In this document: positions 27,501 to 41,104 of the stretch, one piece after another | How the letters are laid out: the number at the start of each line of letters is the position of its first letter | Numbering within the stretch: position 1 is the stretch's first letter | Assembly: GCA_036172245.1 (NCBI GenBank) | Contig: JAYWIR010000010.1 | Coordinates: 4,898,001-4,962,000, forward strand | DNA length: 64,000 bases | Reading direction: 5' to 3' | Source: Raillietiella orientalis | Taxonomy: Eukaryota | Program-made: the position numbers and the translations under genes | Notes under the pieces: model-generated | Seen by the model: only the letters and a program-made list of their open reading frames with translations | The model's database searches: none | What the model was told of the DNA's origin: nothing

Positions 27501-29239
27501 CAGGGGATCTTCATGAATCTAAATAATGCGCCTACTAGAAAGACAGACCTCTATATTCAATTCAACGTGTGGAGGTTTTGAGCTGACCTTAACTTGAAAT
27601 CTCATTGGAAAAAAAATTGGCGCAAAAGTATGCTGTAAGATTCCTTCACGGCATTGGATGGAATTCTTCTTTTTTTTTTCCCCCTATCTTTTCCATCTTT
27701 TGAAGGCGATGCGTGAATTTTTAGTATTCTGATTCTCCAGACTCACTGCTGGATCACTGACGTGGTCTTCGAGAAACGTAAACTTCCTCAAGGAAGCTGA
27801 TTCGAGAATTTTTACAAATTCTTCTCGAATTTGCAAAAATATAATTGCAAATTTTTTGGAGATGAATGCTCTGAAAAATACATTGGAAGTTAATTAACAG
27901 TTAGGGAGCAAGTAATAACACTTGCATAAAGAGCAGCTCTTTGATGCGTCATCACACTCTGTCTTCTATTGGATTAAGAGCCTGCAATCTTTGGAGTTGT
28001 CAAAAAAGAGCAGGAGGATCAACTGGACAGTAGCATCAGACAAGGACTCTAATACTTCAATTTGGGGTAATTTAGACAGTTATGCTTATTCCGTGTGAGC
28101 ATCTTAGCCTTAGAGTCTAAGCTAATTAGCTTACTAAATAATCAATATTGATAAGGTAACTGTTATTTTCTTGCAGAATAACTGATGTTCCAATTTAAAG
28201 GAATTTGTCCTCCTAGTATGCTTCCTTGCATGCATGTCGTCCTGATCTTATGATTTGGAATTCTTGAAAGTCTTCACAGGTGCAATAATTTTCAAGATGT
28301 TCAAAAGCCCATAGTTGCAAGAGCTTACAATGGAAGAGCAGCTTTTGAGAATCTCTCCGTGGTCCACTCAAGTGAAAAAAAGAGAAGCAGCCCGCAAAAA
28401 TTATGAGGGAAGCAAGGAATTTCCGCAAACCCTTCTGGATGGTCATTTGCAAGTTTCTGCGCACATGCGTCAACCTTGGAGCAAAAACTTTCCCGGCAAG
28501 TGGTGCAGGCAGGATGGTGCCAGAGAACTCCCCGTAGCCACAATCCCAGTCGCAGCTTCCCTTTTCCTCCCCGCAGAGGCGACGAGTCTTCGAGAAGGAG
28601 GCTGATGAAGACAACGAGGCCAGGACGCCTTTGTGCTCGAAGGACAGGGCGAAGGAAAACGAACACGAAACCCTGCAAGCGTTCAAGAAGGAGCCCTGGG
28701 GTCATACCGGGAGCATACAAGATAAGAGAAATCGAGTGCATCCGCTTTTAGTTATTTCAGATGACGGGAAGAGAGGGATTTCAATCACAGGTGGGGAAAG
28801 GGTTTCTCTCCCTCCCTCTCTCTCTCTCTCTCTCTTTTCTCCCCTCTTAGGCTATTTAGGAGCCCGCGTTGAAGGCCTCATGGGCTCGGTTCCTCTACTC
28901 GTGACGTACCAGACGTCGCGGGTTCGAATCGCTCCCGGGGAAGGGTCGATGCAGAGAACAGAGGGGGGCGTTGTGGGTTTCGAGTCCACGCCGCAAGATG
29001 CCGCTGGCTGGCCTATTCGAGTGTGGCACCGGTGGAAGGCGGATGCGTGTCTCCACCCGGTGAACACGCTAAGGAGCCATCCCGGCTGCAGCAAGAGGGC
29101 GAAAGACGTGCCTGCGGAGAAGGGGGGGGGGGAGGAAGGGGGCAACCGCGCTGCCGCCGGAAGTGCTCGAATTTGGCAAAGAGAAATGCCATCGGAAGAA
29201 AGAAAAAAAAACGGGATGAGAGGAAGATTAACCGGTAGG

Positions 29240-31200
29240 TAGATGGATGCAAGAGGAAAGAAATCTGCGGAGAGAGCAGCGGCAGCAGTAGCTAGGCGTC
29301 CCCGTGGTCACAGCGGCCCCAAACGGCAAGGGCGGAAAATCCCCCCGCTCCTCTGCCGATCCGAATGGCGGTGGGCGGAGGATCCGGGCCTCCGCATTCT
29401 CGCGCTAGGCCCGAAGCCCTGGATGCGGTCTGCGATGCCCGTCCGGAACCGGTTGCTCCTGTGGGGCTCATGGAAGCACAGCTTCCGGTTAGCCTTTCGC
29501 TGGTCCCCTCGGCTTCTACCCGAACCTTCCGCTCGAGCCACTCCCGTGACGCGGCGCTTCCAACACTCCCGCACTCCCGTGCGATGTTGGACGACGCCAC
29601 CAGCGCCTGGACATCACGCGGGCGACACAACACCCCCTGTCCATCCGAAGGCCAGTTTGCCTCCCCCACTGCCCCGCGGGTGAGTCCGGAATCCACGAAA
29701 GGGGGGGGAGGAAGGGACAGATGGAGGGACCGTTTTCCTGGAGTCCTCCGGAGAGCGGCGCACGCGTCCCTTCCGGGAATCCAGGCGCCAGCACCGGCCA
29801 CGGGTTTTCCGGTTCACCCAACTTCATCGAAGGGAGCGCCGGCTCAACGCGGAAGCGCACGGCTGGCAGAGGCGCGGCTTCCAGTCTTGGGGCATGACGT
29901 CACCCTGCAGGAGCGAGCGAGCGTCTTGCGTCCGAGCGGAGGCGCGACAGCCTCTCCCCCTCTCCCCAGCGTCACGGGGAAGCCTCACTCTCGGGGGAGC
30001 AAGGAAACCTCGGTGCAGCGTCCGCCCGACACGCGACAACTGTCGACTCTCCCTTGAGGACTCCCTCGGCGCACGAGCACGCGCGTGCTCGCAGTCGCAA
30101 AACTAAACAAAGGAGGGTCAGCTGGAGCGTCAGCTCCAATCCTAAAAACTCTTAGTGGCTTTCCAAGCTTTGGACTATGCCTTGGTGCTCTCCGGCGAGA
30201 ATTCCCGCCAAGCGAGCAGCCGGCGAGGGATTGACTTCGATCGCCGTGGCTACCGAACGAAGTTTGAGCCATCTTGGCTATCAATTTACCAAATGGTTGC
30301 CTTGGTACAACGAAATCCCTGGATCTCGGTCCTCTTGGCTGCAGGATTCTCGTTTTCGCATGGGGTGAAATGAAGGGCACGAGCGAGGCAGATTGAATCT
30401 GTCTGCGGAACAGCAGATGTACTCGTCAGTCGTTGAGGGAGATCCTGGGTAACACCAGGAATCTGTTCTAGGCATCATTCACCCCCTTTGCCCCAGTGCT
30501 GTGCTCCTGTGCTCCCTACGGGAAGCAAGGGACAGCGACCTACCGGCAAGGTGGGGGTGATGTGTACTATCGAAAACAGAAGAAAACATCTAAATGCTTG
30601 GACAACTCGGGGGCTGACAGATGCTGCCACTCCTAATGTCTCTCCAAAAGAACTGCTACTCTGGGGAGAGCCACTAGAAATTCCTCCGCAGGAGATAAAG
30701 CTTGCTGGTGGCTCCCAGCTTGCTCTATGCAAGCCTCTCCCCGTAAAGTGGCAGAAGTCGGCGATCCTTCTGTCGCATTGGGGCCTCCTCGTGCGACGCC
30801 CGCCAACACCATTGGACCCGGAGGAGGAGGTGAGCCCCAACCGCAGCAGGTGTGGCGAAAGAAGAGTCCCTCCCGCACCTGCTCGTAGATTGTTTGGCCC
30901 CCGGTTCCCTGTGGGAACGCTTTGCCGCGTCCTTGCGGATTCCCAAGGGCAGCCCCAGAATCCTCCTGAAGCGCCTCTTCCAGAGCGATGCCATCACGCC
31001 GGCCGAATCCCTAGCAGTACTTTGCTGCCTACCCGGAATCCTGGCTGAAAGGAGCGACGCCAGAGGTCAGGACGATAGGGACGCCATCTATTTTGCTGTC
31101 TTCTCCATGAGGATAGCGTCAAGACGAGGACGAGGCTTTCGTTCTCCTAGCGGCTACAGCGGAAAAACTGCGCTCGCGTTTACATGGTCGTCCGTAATCG
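29240..31200 (+). mobile_element. Degenerate L1/Tx1-like non-LTR retrotransposon ORF2 (RT to zinc knuckle)
   Basis: ARLPVLGHDVTL at about 29872-29907 (YADDVT position), AVAKLNKG at about 30091-30115 (ASGAK.N..K), GIDF at about 30227, and RCGE / EESLPHLLVDC...LWER at about 30845-30920 (CCHC knuckle Cx2C..ES..HL..C of L1/Tx1), broken by frameshifts. Confidence 0.6.
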
Positions 31201-31709
31201 CTTCCTGCAGTCGAGATCGGGGTCGACGGCAAGCAGACGAAAGACATGCGGAGAGAGCTCTCGTTCGTTGTGCCCTCTACTCGCGCCTGCGCTGCCAACA
31301 GTGGTGTAGACTGAGGCTGTCTCACCGTCACATCTTCCCAGGAGGGTGATAGGTCTGCTCTCAAAGCCGAGCTCCCGGACCAGTCAGGTGTGCATCCACG
31401 CTCTCCGCAGACCTCTGCACAGGAGTCCAAGCCGAAAAATGCTGGCAGTTGTGCTGCGGCTCTCGTGAGATTATAGAGCTATTTCAAAAATGGATATGGA
31501 ATTCCATCTTTCAGAAATTATCGATAAATGGTGCGCATGTTTGTTTGCATCCCGAGAACAACCACTTGCTCAATCAGAGCACTTAATTTTATTAATATCG
31601 TTTCTAAGTAATGATAACGTTAAGTAATGCCGGTGAAGAACGTTGATTAAGAACTCATGTCAATCTTTCTTACTGAGGATATTTTTGATGAATCTGAAAG
31701 AACCTTTTA

Positions 31710-32973
31710 TAAGGTTGGACCAAAAATAATTGCGATTTTCATCATTTCAAGTTTGGCGCCGATTTTTCCAGTTACTATTATGTTATGTTATTGTCACGTG
31801 ATACATCATTGTGAACAATGAAATTGGCACCACTGATTTCAGGCCATGTCTATTCTTTCGTTCTGCTGGACATGACCTCTTAAATTGGTCGTGGGTAAAA
31901 AAGCAAATTCGCGCGATTTTGTTGTATGGATTTCCATTGGGACGTGAAGCAGCAGAAACTGCTCGAGATATCCAATTTGTTTTTGGCGACGAGTCAGTGA
32001 ACGTACAGTTCAGCACGGGTTCCAAAAACTCCTAGATGGAAACGAAAGCCTCGAAAATGAGAGTCGTGCACGCCCTTCAGCTATAGACAATAACGATGTA
32101 AGAAGCATTACTGAAGCGGATAAAACAACTCGAGAGGTGGCAGAAGAACTCGATGTTGATCATTCAGCAGCTCGACATTCGAGCCCAATTGGAAAAACAA
32201 AAATGCTGGATCAACGGGAGCCGCATGGGCGAAACGGACATCAGGCAATTCGGCCATACGAAGTCTGCTCTGCGCTTCTTTTGCGTCAACACAAATGGTC
32301 CCTTTCTTGATCGCCTTGTCACGTGTGGCGAAGAGCGGATTCTCTACAGCAATCGGAAACGTTCGCGACAGTGGCTAGACCGAGGAGAAGCACCAAAGCA
32401 GTTTCATCCACCGAAGCTCCAAGAAAAAAAGATTATCAGTGTCACTGTTTGGCGGTCGGCAAGTGGCATCGTTCACCACCACTTCTAAAATCCTGGTAAT
32501 ACAGCAGCAGCAAAAAATATCGTCAGGAAATTGAAAAAATGCACGAGAAGCCGCATGCATCGTCAATGGCCAGCATCAGTCAATCGAAGAGGACCACTTC
32601 TTCATGACAATGCCAACCACACGTCTCACAAATGACTTTAAAAAAATTAAATGAAACTAGGTGATGAAACATCACCTCACCCACCTGATTCTCCGGACCT
32701 CTCTCGGACATATTATCATTTTTTCAAACACAATTTCCAACACAACGCAATTTCCTACGAGAGAAGATTATCCGCTCGAAACGCTTTCGATGAATTCGTT
32801 CATTCCAGGACTCCAGAACTCTATCTTGTAGGAATAAACAAACTTTTTCCCCGTTGAGAGAAACGTGTGTAGGCTACTGGCCTTTATTTCGATTAATAAA
32901 TATAATTTTTAACTGATATATGCGTTTTTATACTCGATACGTAAAAACCGCAATTATTTTTGCACCAGCCTGA
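31710..32973 (+). mobile_element. Full-length but inactive mariner element (cecropia/Hsmar1-like)
   Basis: TA at 31708-09 and 32974-75; TIRs taaggttggaccaaaaataattgcga vs reverse complement tcaggctggtgcaaaaataattgcgg; 1264 bp; broken transposase KKQIRAILLYGFPLGREAAETARDI, PFLDRLVTCGEERILYSN (D to G at first catalytic Asp), HDNA, PHPPDSPDLS; several stops and frameshifts. Confidence 0.93.
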
Positions 32974-33749
32974 TAGAATCTGACTAGAAATAAAGGGAAA
33001 GTACCGTTCGAGGCAAAAAGACGCAGTAAGATAAAGGATGTCTTGCAAATGATTTCTAATGGATATAGATCGGAGCGAGCATGCAAAATGGCTACAGGCA
33101 ATCTCTCTCTATAGAGTGACACGTTGCGCGGATATACAGAAGAGATGATCGTGAACATTTTTCTTGAGTTGGCTCACGAGGAAAACACGGAAGATTTCAT
33201 GGACTCATGCAGTTGCGGACTAGAAACTCCCCGCAGGACCAAGGACTAAATTGTGATGAAATTCAAGCATTATTGGTGCTGTCATGACCGAATGGGGGGA
33301 TGTGGACTGAGGATCGGGGATGTGGAATTTGAGGAGAGAGAGAGAGAGAATAAGAAAAACTTCCGGAATAGATTGGATTTTTCATCATTATGGATGCCAA
33401 AGAAATGGCACGCTCTCATGCATGAAACTGTTGAAATAAAGAAGAGAGGGAAGTGATCTCTTGAAAAGAAATGGGAACTCTCCTCTTCCCCTACTGGAGG
33501 AGGAAGAGGACTTGCATTTCGCCCAGTTAGCAGAATTTTAAAGTATCAAGAAAAAGAAAAAAAAAAGCCATCTTATTTAATGAGCCAAACAAGTAAGTCG
33601 TAGTTTGCAATTTTCTCACTTCGAATGGGTATTCAGAACCATTCTAATACACCTTGTCTAGGTCGAGAGAGATGATGTCCATCCGGTATTAAGCGCCGCA
33701 GGGAAGGAGAACTCTTTAAACCACCACGTCGCGATTACCTCAGGGAATC

Positions 33750-35450
33750 CAAGGTGGTAGATGCGACCGGGGAAGTGAACGATGAACGCAACCTCAGATG
33801 CAGGTTATCTACTCCGGCGAGAGAAGCCGCACACAGCGCAACCACGAGCTCCCGAACCTTTCCTAAAGACCGCGTTCATGACGTCAGCAACAGCGAAACT
33901 CGCATCATGAACGTGGTGGCCAGTGAGGAGGAGATGGATCATGCAACATGTTCAACATGCCATGAAGACCCCGTCTGCTTCCACGAAGCACACCAAATGA
34001 GGCAGGCTGCCATGCAGAAGATGAGGTGCAAAACGTAGGAAAGCAGCTGCTTGTCAACTCAGGTACCCATCACAGGAGACGAGTGGCAATTCCAGTGGGC
34101 GAACGAGCTCTTGCGATTTTGAGAAGGTTCGATGCATGGGATGACCGCATTCTTGGCTTAAGGATGTCCCGATCGGGAACCTATTCGGACCTCTCACGAA
34201 CCTATATGGGAATCATGTCATAAGACACACAAGCGCATGCTTTGTGAGACATTCTCGAGCGCAAAAGAGCTGCCAAGGGATCCTCATCACAGGCAATCGG
34301 AATGTGGATCTCAATGGCTGAAGTCACTATGATGTGTGAGAACACATGAATATCGGGAAATAGAGAAATGACTTGACCTGGAATTGATGAATGCCAGTTA
34401 CACACCGATCCACTGCATCCTGCGCACCAAGGACATGGGAGTCTTCAGGAAACTCAAACCGTTATCTCAGAACATTCTTTGCTTCAGTTCACCATCAGGA
34501 CGTTAAAATCCTTAGGAACCTACAGGAACCAGACTGCGCTCACTAGCATTCCCATAATGACAAGAGTTGTGCCCCGTAAGTAGCGCATCAGTGAAACGAT
34601 CCTGCAAATCACCGCCATTGGACTGGGACATTTTGAAACATGCCACTAACGTCCGTATACAAAAGCAGAAACCTAGAGAACAAGAGTACGATGCGATGAG
34701 GACGTGTGTACTCCCACATTGTGTACTGTCATTGATGCCATAAGAAATATGCAAACATCCAGGTAGACGGGGAAGCCGGCACGATGTCGCCACCTCCTAA
34801 AGATTCCGAAACATGGGGACAAGTGGCCTATGCTACCTATGGGGCACACTCTAAAGTGGTCGATAAATTCGGAGGACTTAATGACAGCCCTCTCTGTCAG
34901 CATTAGAGAGTGGGATGAAATTAATCAGATGCGACCGGTCAAAATTGAACCATAAGAAAAGTGTTCATAAGAATCGACTGAAAGTAACCCAAAAGGCAAA
35001 GTGTGGGCAAAGAACCGGCCCACGTAATCCAATTCTTCTTGACACCATAGCGTCCCACGGCGTGGTTACAACAGAGATCAACTCTCAGACGCTAGGGCAG
35101 CGAATGATTCGCACTGAATGGCACGGATCACTAAGTCGGCCTGTGCAAGTGCAAAACTGAGATCCAAAGAGCACAACCAGCAAAACGCATCGAGACATGG
35201 CAAACTAGAAAAGAAGGCGAGATCCTTCACAAAGCACACAATACACAAGCGTGTGTCGAAACAAATGCGCCTTGACCAGGATGCACTGGATAGAGCAAGG
35301 ACACTCGGAGCTGAGAGAACACCGGAGCAACGCCACGGAAATGCGACCTACTATCGTTTTTTTTTTTGATTACTTGAGTATGAAGACACAGTCAAGCACC
35401 GGTCGGGTGACTCGTGACTCGCAGGAAGAGTTTTGCAAGGTGTGATTGCA
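33750..35450 (+). mobile_element. Highly degenerate Ty3/Gypsy pol remnant (RNase H to integrase)
   Basis: Ordered fragments ETRIMNVVAS..EDPVCF (T.L.VDAS...PVAYAS), SDLSR (AD.LSR), GILITGNRNV (LLRG.RIV), HPAHQGHGSLQETQ (integrase Zn finger H..H.G..KT), VIDAIR (IDAYSR), GRVTRDSQEEFCKV (VTRN.S.FK). No LTR pair identified. Confidence 0.5.
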
Positions 35451-36004
35451 AACCGACCCTATATCTTTACTTGCCGAACAATGAACCGTGATTACACTAA
35501 GACCGAGAACGAAGACCCATTTCCGCCTGGGCTATATCCTGAAGAAAACACCGGAAAGAGAACAGTTAGGGAACTGAAATAACATGACAGTGATTAGGCA
35601 AGATATGGTGTAGAATGTGAAATGCAGCATATTTTGGGTCTGAATAAAGTACACTGCAAGTAGGGATGGAGGAAAACCAATTTTTTCAAAACTTCCTTAA
35701 GTAATAAGAATCTGCATGTCCATACATTTCATGAGCTTTTCATACGAAAAACAGCATACCTGAAGCACACATCGGAACCTACATAAAACTGCTACTCACT
35801 AATGGCGCAAATACAAAAAATCAAGAAACTATGATTATATGACTGTAACATTTCTTGAAATCTAAGAAGTGTTTCTGCAGCAACCTGAAGCCAAGGGTAC
35901 ACAAAAAACTATTGTAAAGCAATGTCTATTCACAGGTTTATAAGTCATGTGGTTCATTATTTATGTGTAAAAATTTATTTGTTTTCTACTCCTTGCTTTG
36001 CATA

Positions 36005-39000
36005 TTAGACAGTATTGAAATTGCACTCTGCCTTGTAACCTTTTTCCAAATGGAAATCCATATTCTTAACAGCGTTTGCTTCCAACAGTCTCTTCACTTC
36101 AGGGAGATCTTTGACTATATCTAGGGCATGCTGTTCAGTCAAATTATCCAGCTGATGTCTTGCAAGTCTAATTTTACCCACTTGCCGTTTATCAATCTAA
36201 AACCAGAAAACACACATAAAATACGATTTACATTGCTAAGTTCGGTTTACTTTGGAGACCAAATCTAGAGGATAAGTGGAATCCACATTAGGCCACATTT
36301 GGTAAAACAAAGGCAAATCCTGAAATAGATTTGAGCAAGAAAACGTGCCATACAATCTTACCCAGTGGATGTGTGGTGCCTTATTTATTCTTCTAGGGGC
36401 TTTTACAAACCAACTCCATAACTCATTGGCAAAATGTGGTGCTAGAGGTGCCAGGATAATCAAGAGGCAAGCTAATGAAAGCTCATATTCCTTGTTTTCA
36501 CATATTACAGCATCACACGATTTCTACAAACAACTAAATGCATTAATGGGACATCAGAACCCACTTGCAAATCTGTGGTTAGTTGCATAAGAGAAGCAAC
36601 AACTACATTCAGTTGCCTGCTGACTTCAAAACAATGTATGGCTCGTTTGATGCAAAAGTTCCTACTCTCCCAGAGATTGTGAGAGACAACGTGTGATCCA
36701 GGGTCCACCAACATATTAGGTTGATTGGCGCGAACTTTTAGGAAACGCCCCATTATGCTCCACAGCTTGTTTTGCCAGTTTCGAATTCCTCTAATGGCTG
36801 AACCAAAATCTTAGATCATACAGTTCCGTTTTTCTTACAATCCAAAGACCACTTGCACTCTGATTGGGGGGCAGCAAGACTAAAAATATGAAGTCGCATA
36901 GTATCAATGCCAATCTCATCGACCACTTGTTGTGGATCTAAGCCATTCAATTTGGACTTGGACATTTTTTCCCATTGGCATGTTACAGGAATCCCTGTAG
37001 TCCGTTCTCTAATCCCATTTTCTAAAAGAAAGCAAAGCAAATGATGACCAAAGGGGAGGAAAAAATGATTCTTTTCTAGTAATTGCCTCTACTTGTTCAA
37101 TAATAATGAATCAATAAACATGGAATAGTAGAAAGGAAACTGCACATGAAATAACTATTGAATTCATGCATCACTTGTAAAAAATGACAAAATGAGCAAA
37201 TTCCTTTCCTCCATCCTGATTTCATTCAGAGAATAACATATATTATTCGATAACTGTTCACCTGAATTTTCTACAGCATCACTTTTCAAAAATCTCCCAT
37301 TAGGAAGACAGTATGTTTTGCCTTTAACTATCCCTTGAATAAGAAGCTGGTGAAATGGCTCTTTTTTACCAACCATACCAATATGATGCAAAAAATGCAT
37401 CATAAATCTAGCATAATAAAGATGTAATTCAGCTGCAAAATACTTTTAGCTTTCCACACAGCTAAAAAGCACCTTATATACCATGTTCTTTTCCTCCAAT
37501 ATACAAATCTACTGGAAGTTTGGAGTCTACATTACATCTGTTAAAAGGAACTTCTTTGTTCTGATGATCCAAAAATCTCAGAAAATACCAAGATGAATCA
37601 ACAAATGTGTCCATGGTATCTGTTTCACGAATGCCTTGCTGACCACATCTGCCCAATTTTATGAAAGGTATCCCTCCATTCAAACAACTTACTTGGGGCA
37701 ATTCACATGCAGAAACTGTGTGTTTTTTGAAAGGGGATTTTTTCTTAAGTCAGTTCCAGCAGAGACATGTGGAAGCACAACAGGAAGATGTTTTTCTGGA
37801 ACAGGAACAACACCACAACGATTACAATAAACCATAGGTATTGGAGTGCCCCAATAGCGTTGGCGAGATATTAACCAATCTCGAAGCTTTCCACTTGTCC
37901 AATATCCTCCCAATCCAGCTTGCTTTGCTTCTTTACATATCAATTCCTTAGCAGTTTCCACATCAAGAGATGAAAACTTTCCAGAATTAATCAAAGTAAT
38001 CTGGCCATCACCTCTGATCTCCGTGACTTTTTTAATAGGATAGCCATGCTGACAGGCAATTTTGAAATCCTCTTCATCTTCCCCGGGAAAACCAGGAACA
38101 CAATCACTTTCTAAATCATTTGTTGACACAATAATAGGTACTGATTCTCCAGTAAAAGGATGAACAGCTCGCCAATCAACAAGCACATGAGATTTGCTAT
38201 GACAAGAATCAATCATCTTAAGAAGCCAATGATCTGGCCTAAGTTGTACAAAGGTAACACCAAATATTTGTTCGGGACACTTAGTCCAAACTTCCAATTC
38301 ATAATTTACAACGGAACGATTAAATAATAGGCGGAAAATGAAAACAACACCAGTGCAGGCACCAATCCAATGTTCCTGAATCTTGGTTACCTCTCTCCAA
38401 TTAACTAAAGTACAATCCTTTAAACCAGCATATAAATCTTCTGCAAAATATGTAGTTTTGATGAACCACTGTTTCAGGAATTTTTTTTCAACAACTGCTC
38501 CAGATCTCCACGATCTGCCCTCTGGATCTACTTGTTCATCAGCAAGTACAGTGTTATCTATTGGGTCCCAATTCACCATCGCCTACTGACAAAAGTAATA
38601 CATATTAATAAAGCACATAAAGCTTCGAAAGCAATTTTTAACAGAAACAATGAACCTTAACAAATTGATTTTTATAAGCAGGTGGAAAAATAATAATGAT
38701 AATTCACCTTACTTTCTATTTTATATAATGAATATAAGAAACATGAAAATATGAATCTGTGATACTTCAATTATATATGTTTATGCTTAAATACATTGAT
38801 TTAATGAATACAGCTCGAATATTGTTAAAGCACTGGTAAAAAGGCAACCTGAAAACTTAAGTGTATTAACCATACAACTTTCCAAAACACACCTCTGGGA
38901 CTGCAACAAGAAATTAAAACTGCCCCTCATAGCATGTGAATATAATCTTACAGCTATTGTAACTCAATTTCACAGAAGAGTCTGATTAAGGAATTGGAAA

Positions 39001-40014
39001 TCTCAAATATTTCCTTTTTTCTGTTACACATATTTGAACATACTGTTTTACTTGGGATCTGTCCAAATGGTTCGTTTTCTTCATAGAATAGTTTGTACAT
39101 CAAAGCTCATTTTAGTAAATGTCCCTTAGTTTTGAAGTTTATTCTCTATTCAGGAAGCACATTCTTTTTGAGTCCAGTCAAATGTACACTTAATACATTA
39201 ACTGTTTCCCGAGATATTGGTTTTAAATTCTGATCTCGATGCTGCTGTATCTTTGCTTTTCCTTTTATACACCTGTTCATTTTGTAATTTCTCAAAAATG
39301 TTCTTTCCTTCTTTTTTGCCAAATTGAGTCATCTTCCTGCAAAACTTCAAAATATATCTTCTTAAGATTGAGACTAAAATTTGCTATATCTGCATATTCT
39401 TGTTCTCTTCTCATAATTAAATGAAAATGATTAGGAGCACTACAATAAAATTTCTAGCTTTCCAAAACTGTGTAACTTGTCTCACACATTCAACAGTCTA
39501 ACAAGAAAAACCATCTTACAAAAGAAAGAAAACCCATTTTTTTATGAAACTTATTTAAAGAGACTAACATCACATTCATTCAATTTTCTTTGAAACTTAC
39601 AGTCGAAGCAAAAGAGGGTTTGGTATAACAACGAGTTCTAATAAATGAAGGGAAGAAAAATCTTGGTGAAAAAGACAGTGGTGTAAAACCACCTAATAAC
39701 GACTTATCCCAATAAGAGCTCATAAGAAGTGTGAATTTTTTGTCAAGATTTAGAAAAAAGAACAAATGTCATCTCAACATCACAGGCAAGAGATTGTGAA
39801 GATACTGATAATACCAAGTAAGTTAACCTCCACATATTCTGAAAAACTACTAAAAAAAAGTAACACAAATTAAATGCTGTTGATCATAAAATTTATACCA
39901 CTATAGAGGTCAAAGTAATAAAATGTAGTAACCAGATACAAAAATTGTACTCTTGGGCTGATGAAAATAAATTCAGAAAATCAAAAAGCAGAACATCAAA
40001 TTCATCCAAGGGTG

Positions 40015-40060
<46 letters not shown>

Positions 40061-41104
40061 TGAATTTGCGGAAATTCATTCCATAATTGCAATTTCAACC
40101 ATATTAAAAAAAAAAAAATGAAAACTGTGAATTATCATAACCAGCACACAGTACACATGAATGCATTGGATTCAATATTCTTAAGCAGCCAAAACTTTAA
40201 GGGATACACCACAAAATTCAGCAACATTTTTTCCATATTGAATCCTCTGTGGGAAAGCAGATGCTTTTATTACAATCATAACTTCAATAAAACAATCTAT
40301 CCATCTTCCTCTCAATTTATGTAATTAATGACATAAACAATGGTCATAAGGATATCATAGAAACAGCCTCAAACACAGAACAAAATTAACCAGAACAATA
40401 TGCTTACCGATTTTTGGTACACAAGCTTATTTTCCCATAGTTTCAAAAATAAATACTGGGTCCACCTGTAATATTCCTTGTTACATGTATTTACTTCTAA
40501 ATCCCAATCTAGCCAAAAATGTAAATCTTTCATTTGTCTCTTCATATGATTAATATTAGATACGGTCCACTCTTGTGGTAAGACATTTCTTTCAATCGCA
40601 GCATTTTCAGCAGGAAGTCCAAAAGCATCCCATCCCATGGGATGTATTACCTGAAAAAATTCTTTATATCAACAGTGCTTTAAGCTGAAAATTTAACAGT
40701 TACATAAAAAGAAATTCACATTCTTCACACCTGATATCCATTCATTCTATAATACCATGCCAGTGCATCACTTATGGCATAAACTTTTACATGACCCATA
40801 TGTAAACTCCCTGATGGATATGGAAACATTGCAAGTAAATAGTACTTTGGTTTTGCAGGATGTTTAAAATATTTGTCTTCCACATTAAAATTGCAATCTG
40901 CCCAGTAATTTTCCTTTTGTTTTATGTAATTCAGATCAAGAGAATCAGGCTAAAAAAATCAATGAAAATAAATTAAAACTTAAGCAATAATACAAACCCA
41001 CTTACAAATGCAGTACTTGAAGCTAACCCTCTTTTTCTGCTCCTGATTTTCAGCTGTTTTTCAAAATCAAAAATTCTTGAAAATATACGTTTTTTCAAAA
41101 GCAT
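36005..41104 (-). CDS. LARS2: Mitochondrial leucyl-tRNA synthetase, 11 coding exons, about 875 aa
   Basis: Exons 41006-41104, 40731-40949, 40408-40650, 37693-38582, 37482-37648, 37262-37432, 36839-37021, 36565-36797, 36362-36523, 36251-36319, 36005-36196; all GT-AG, phases consistent, 2628 nt. Motifs MFPYPSG.LHMGH (HIGH), [78 protein letters not shown]; basic N-terminal presequence-like [12 protein letters not shown]. Confidence 0.97.

Noticed and set aside
38900..39800. Possible nested gene in LARS2 intron 3
   Set aside because: Only short stop-ridden frames; no consistent splice model.
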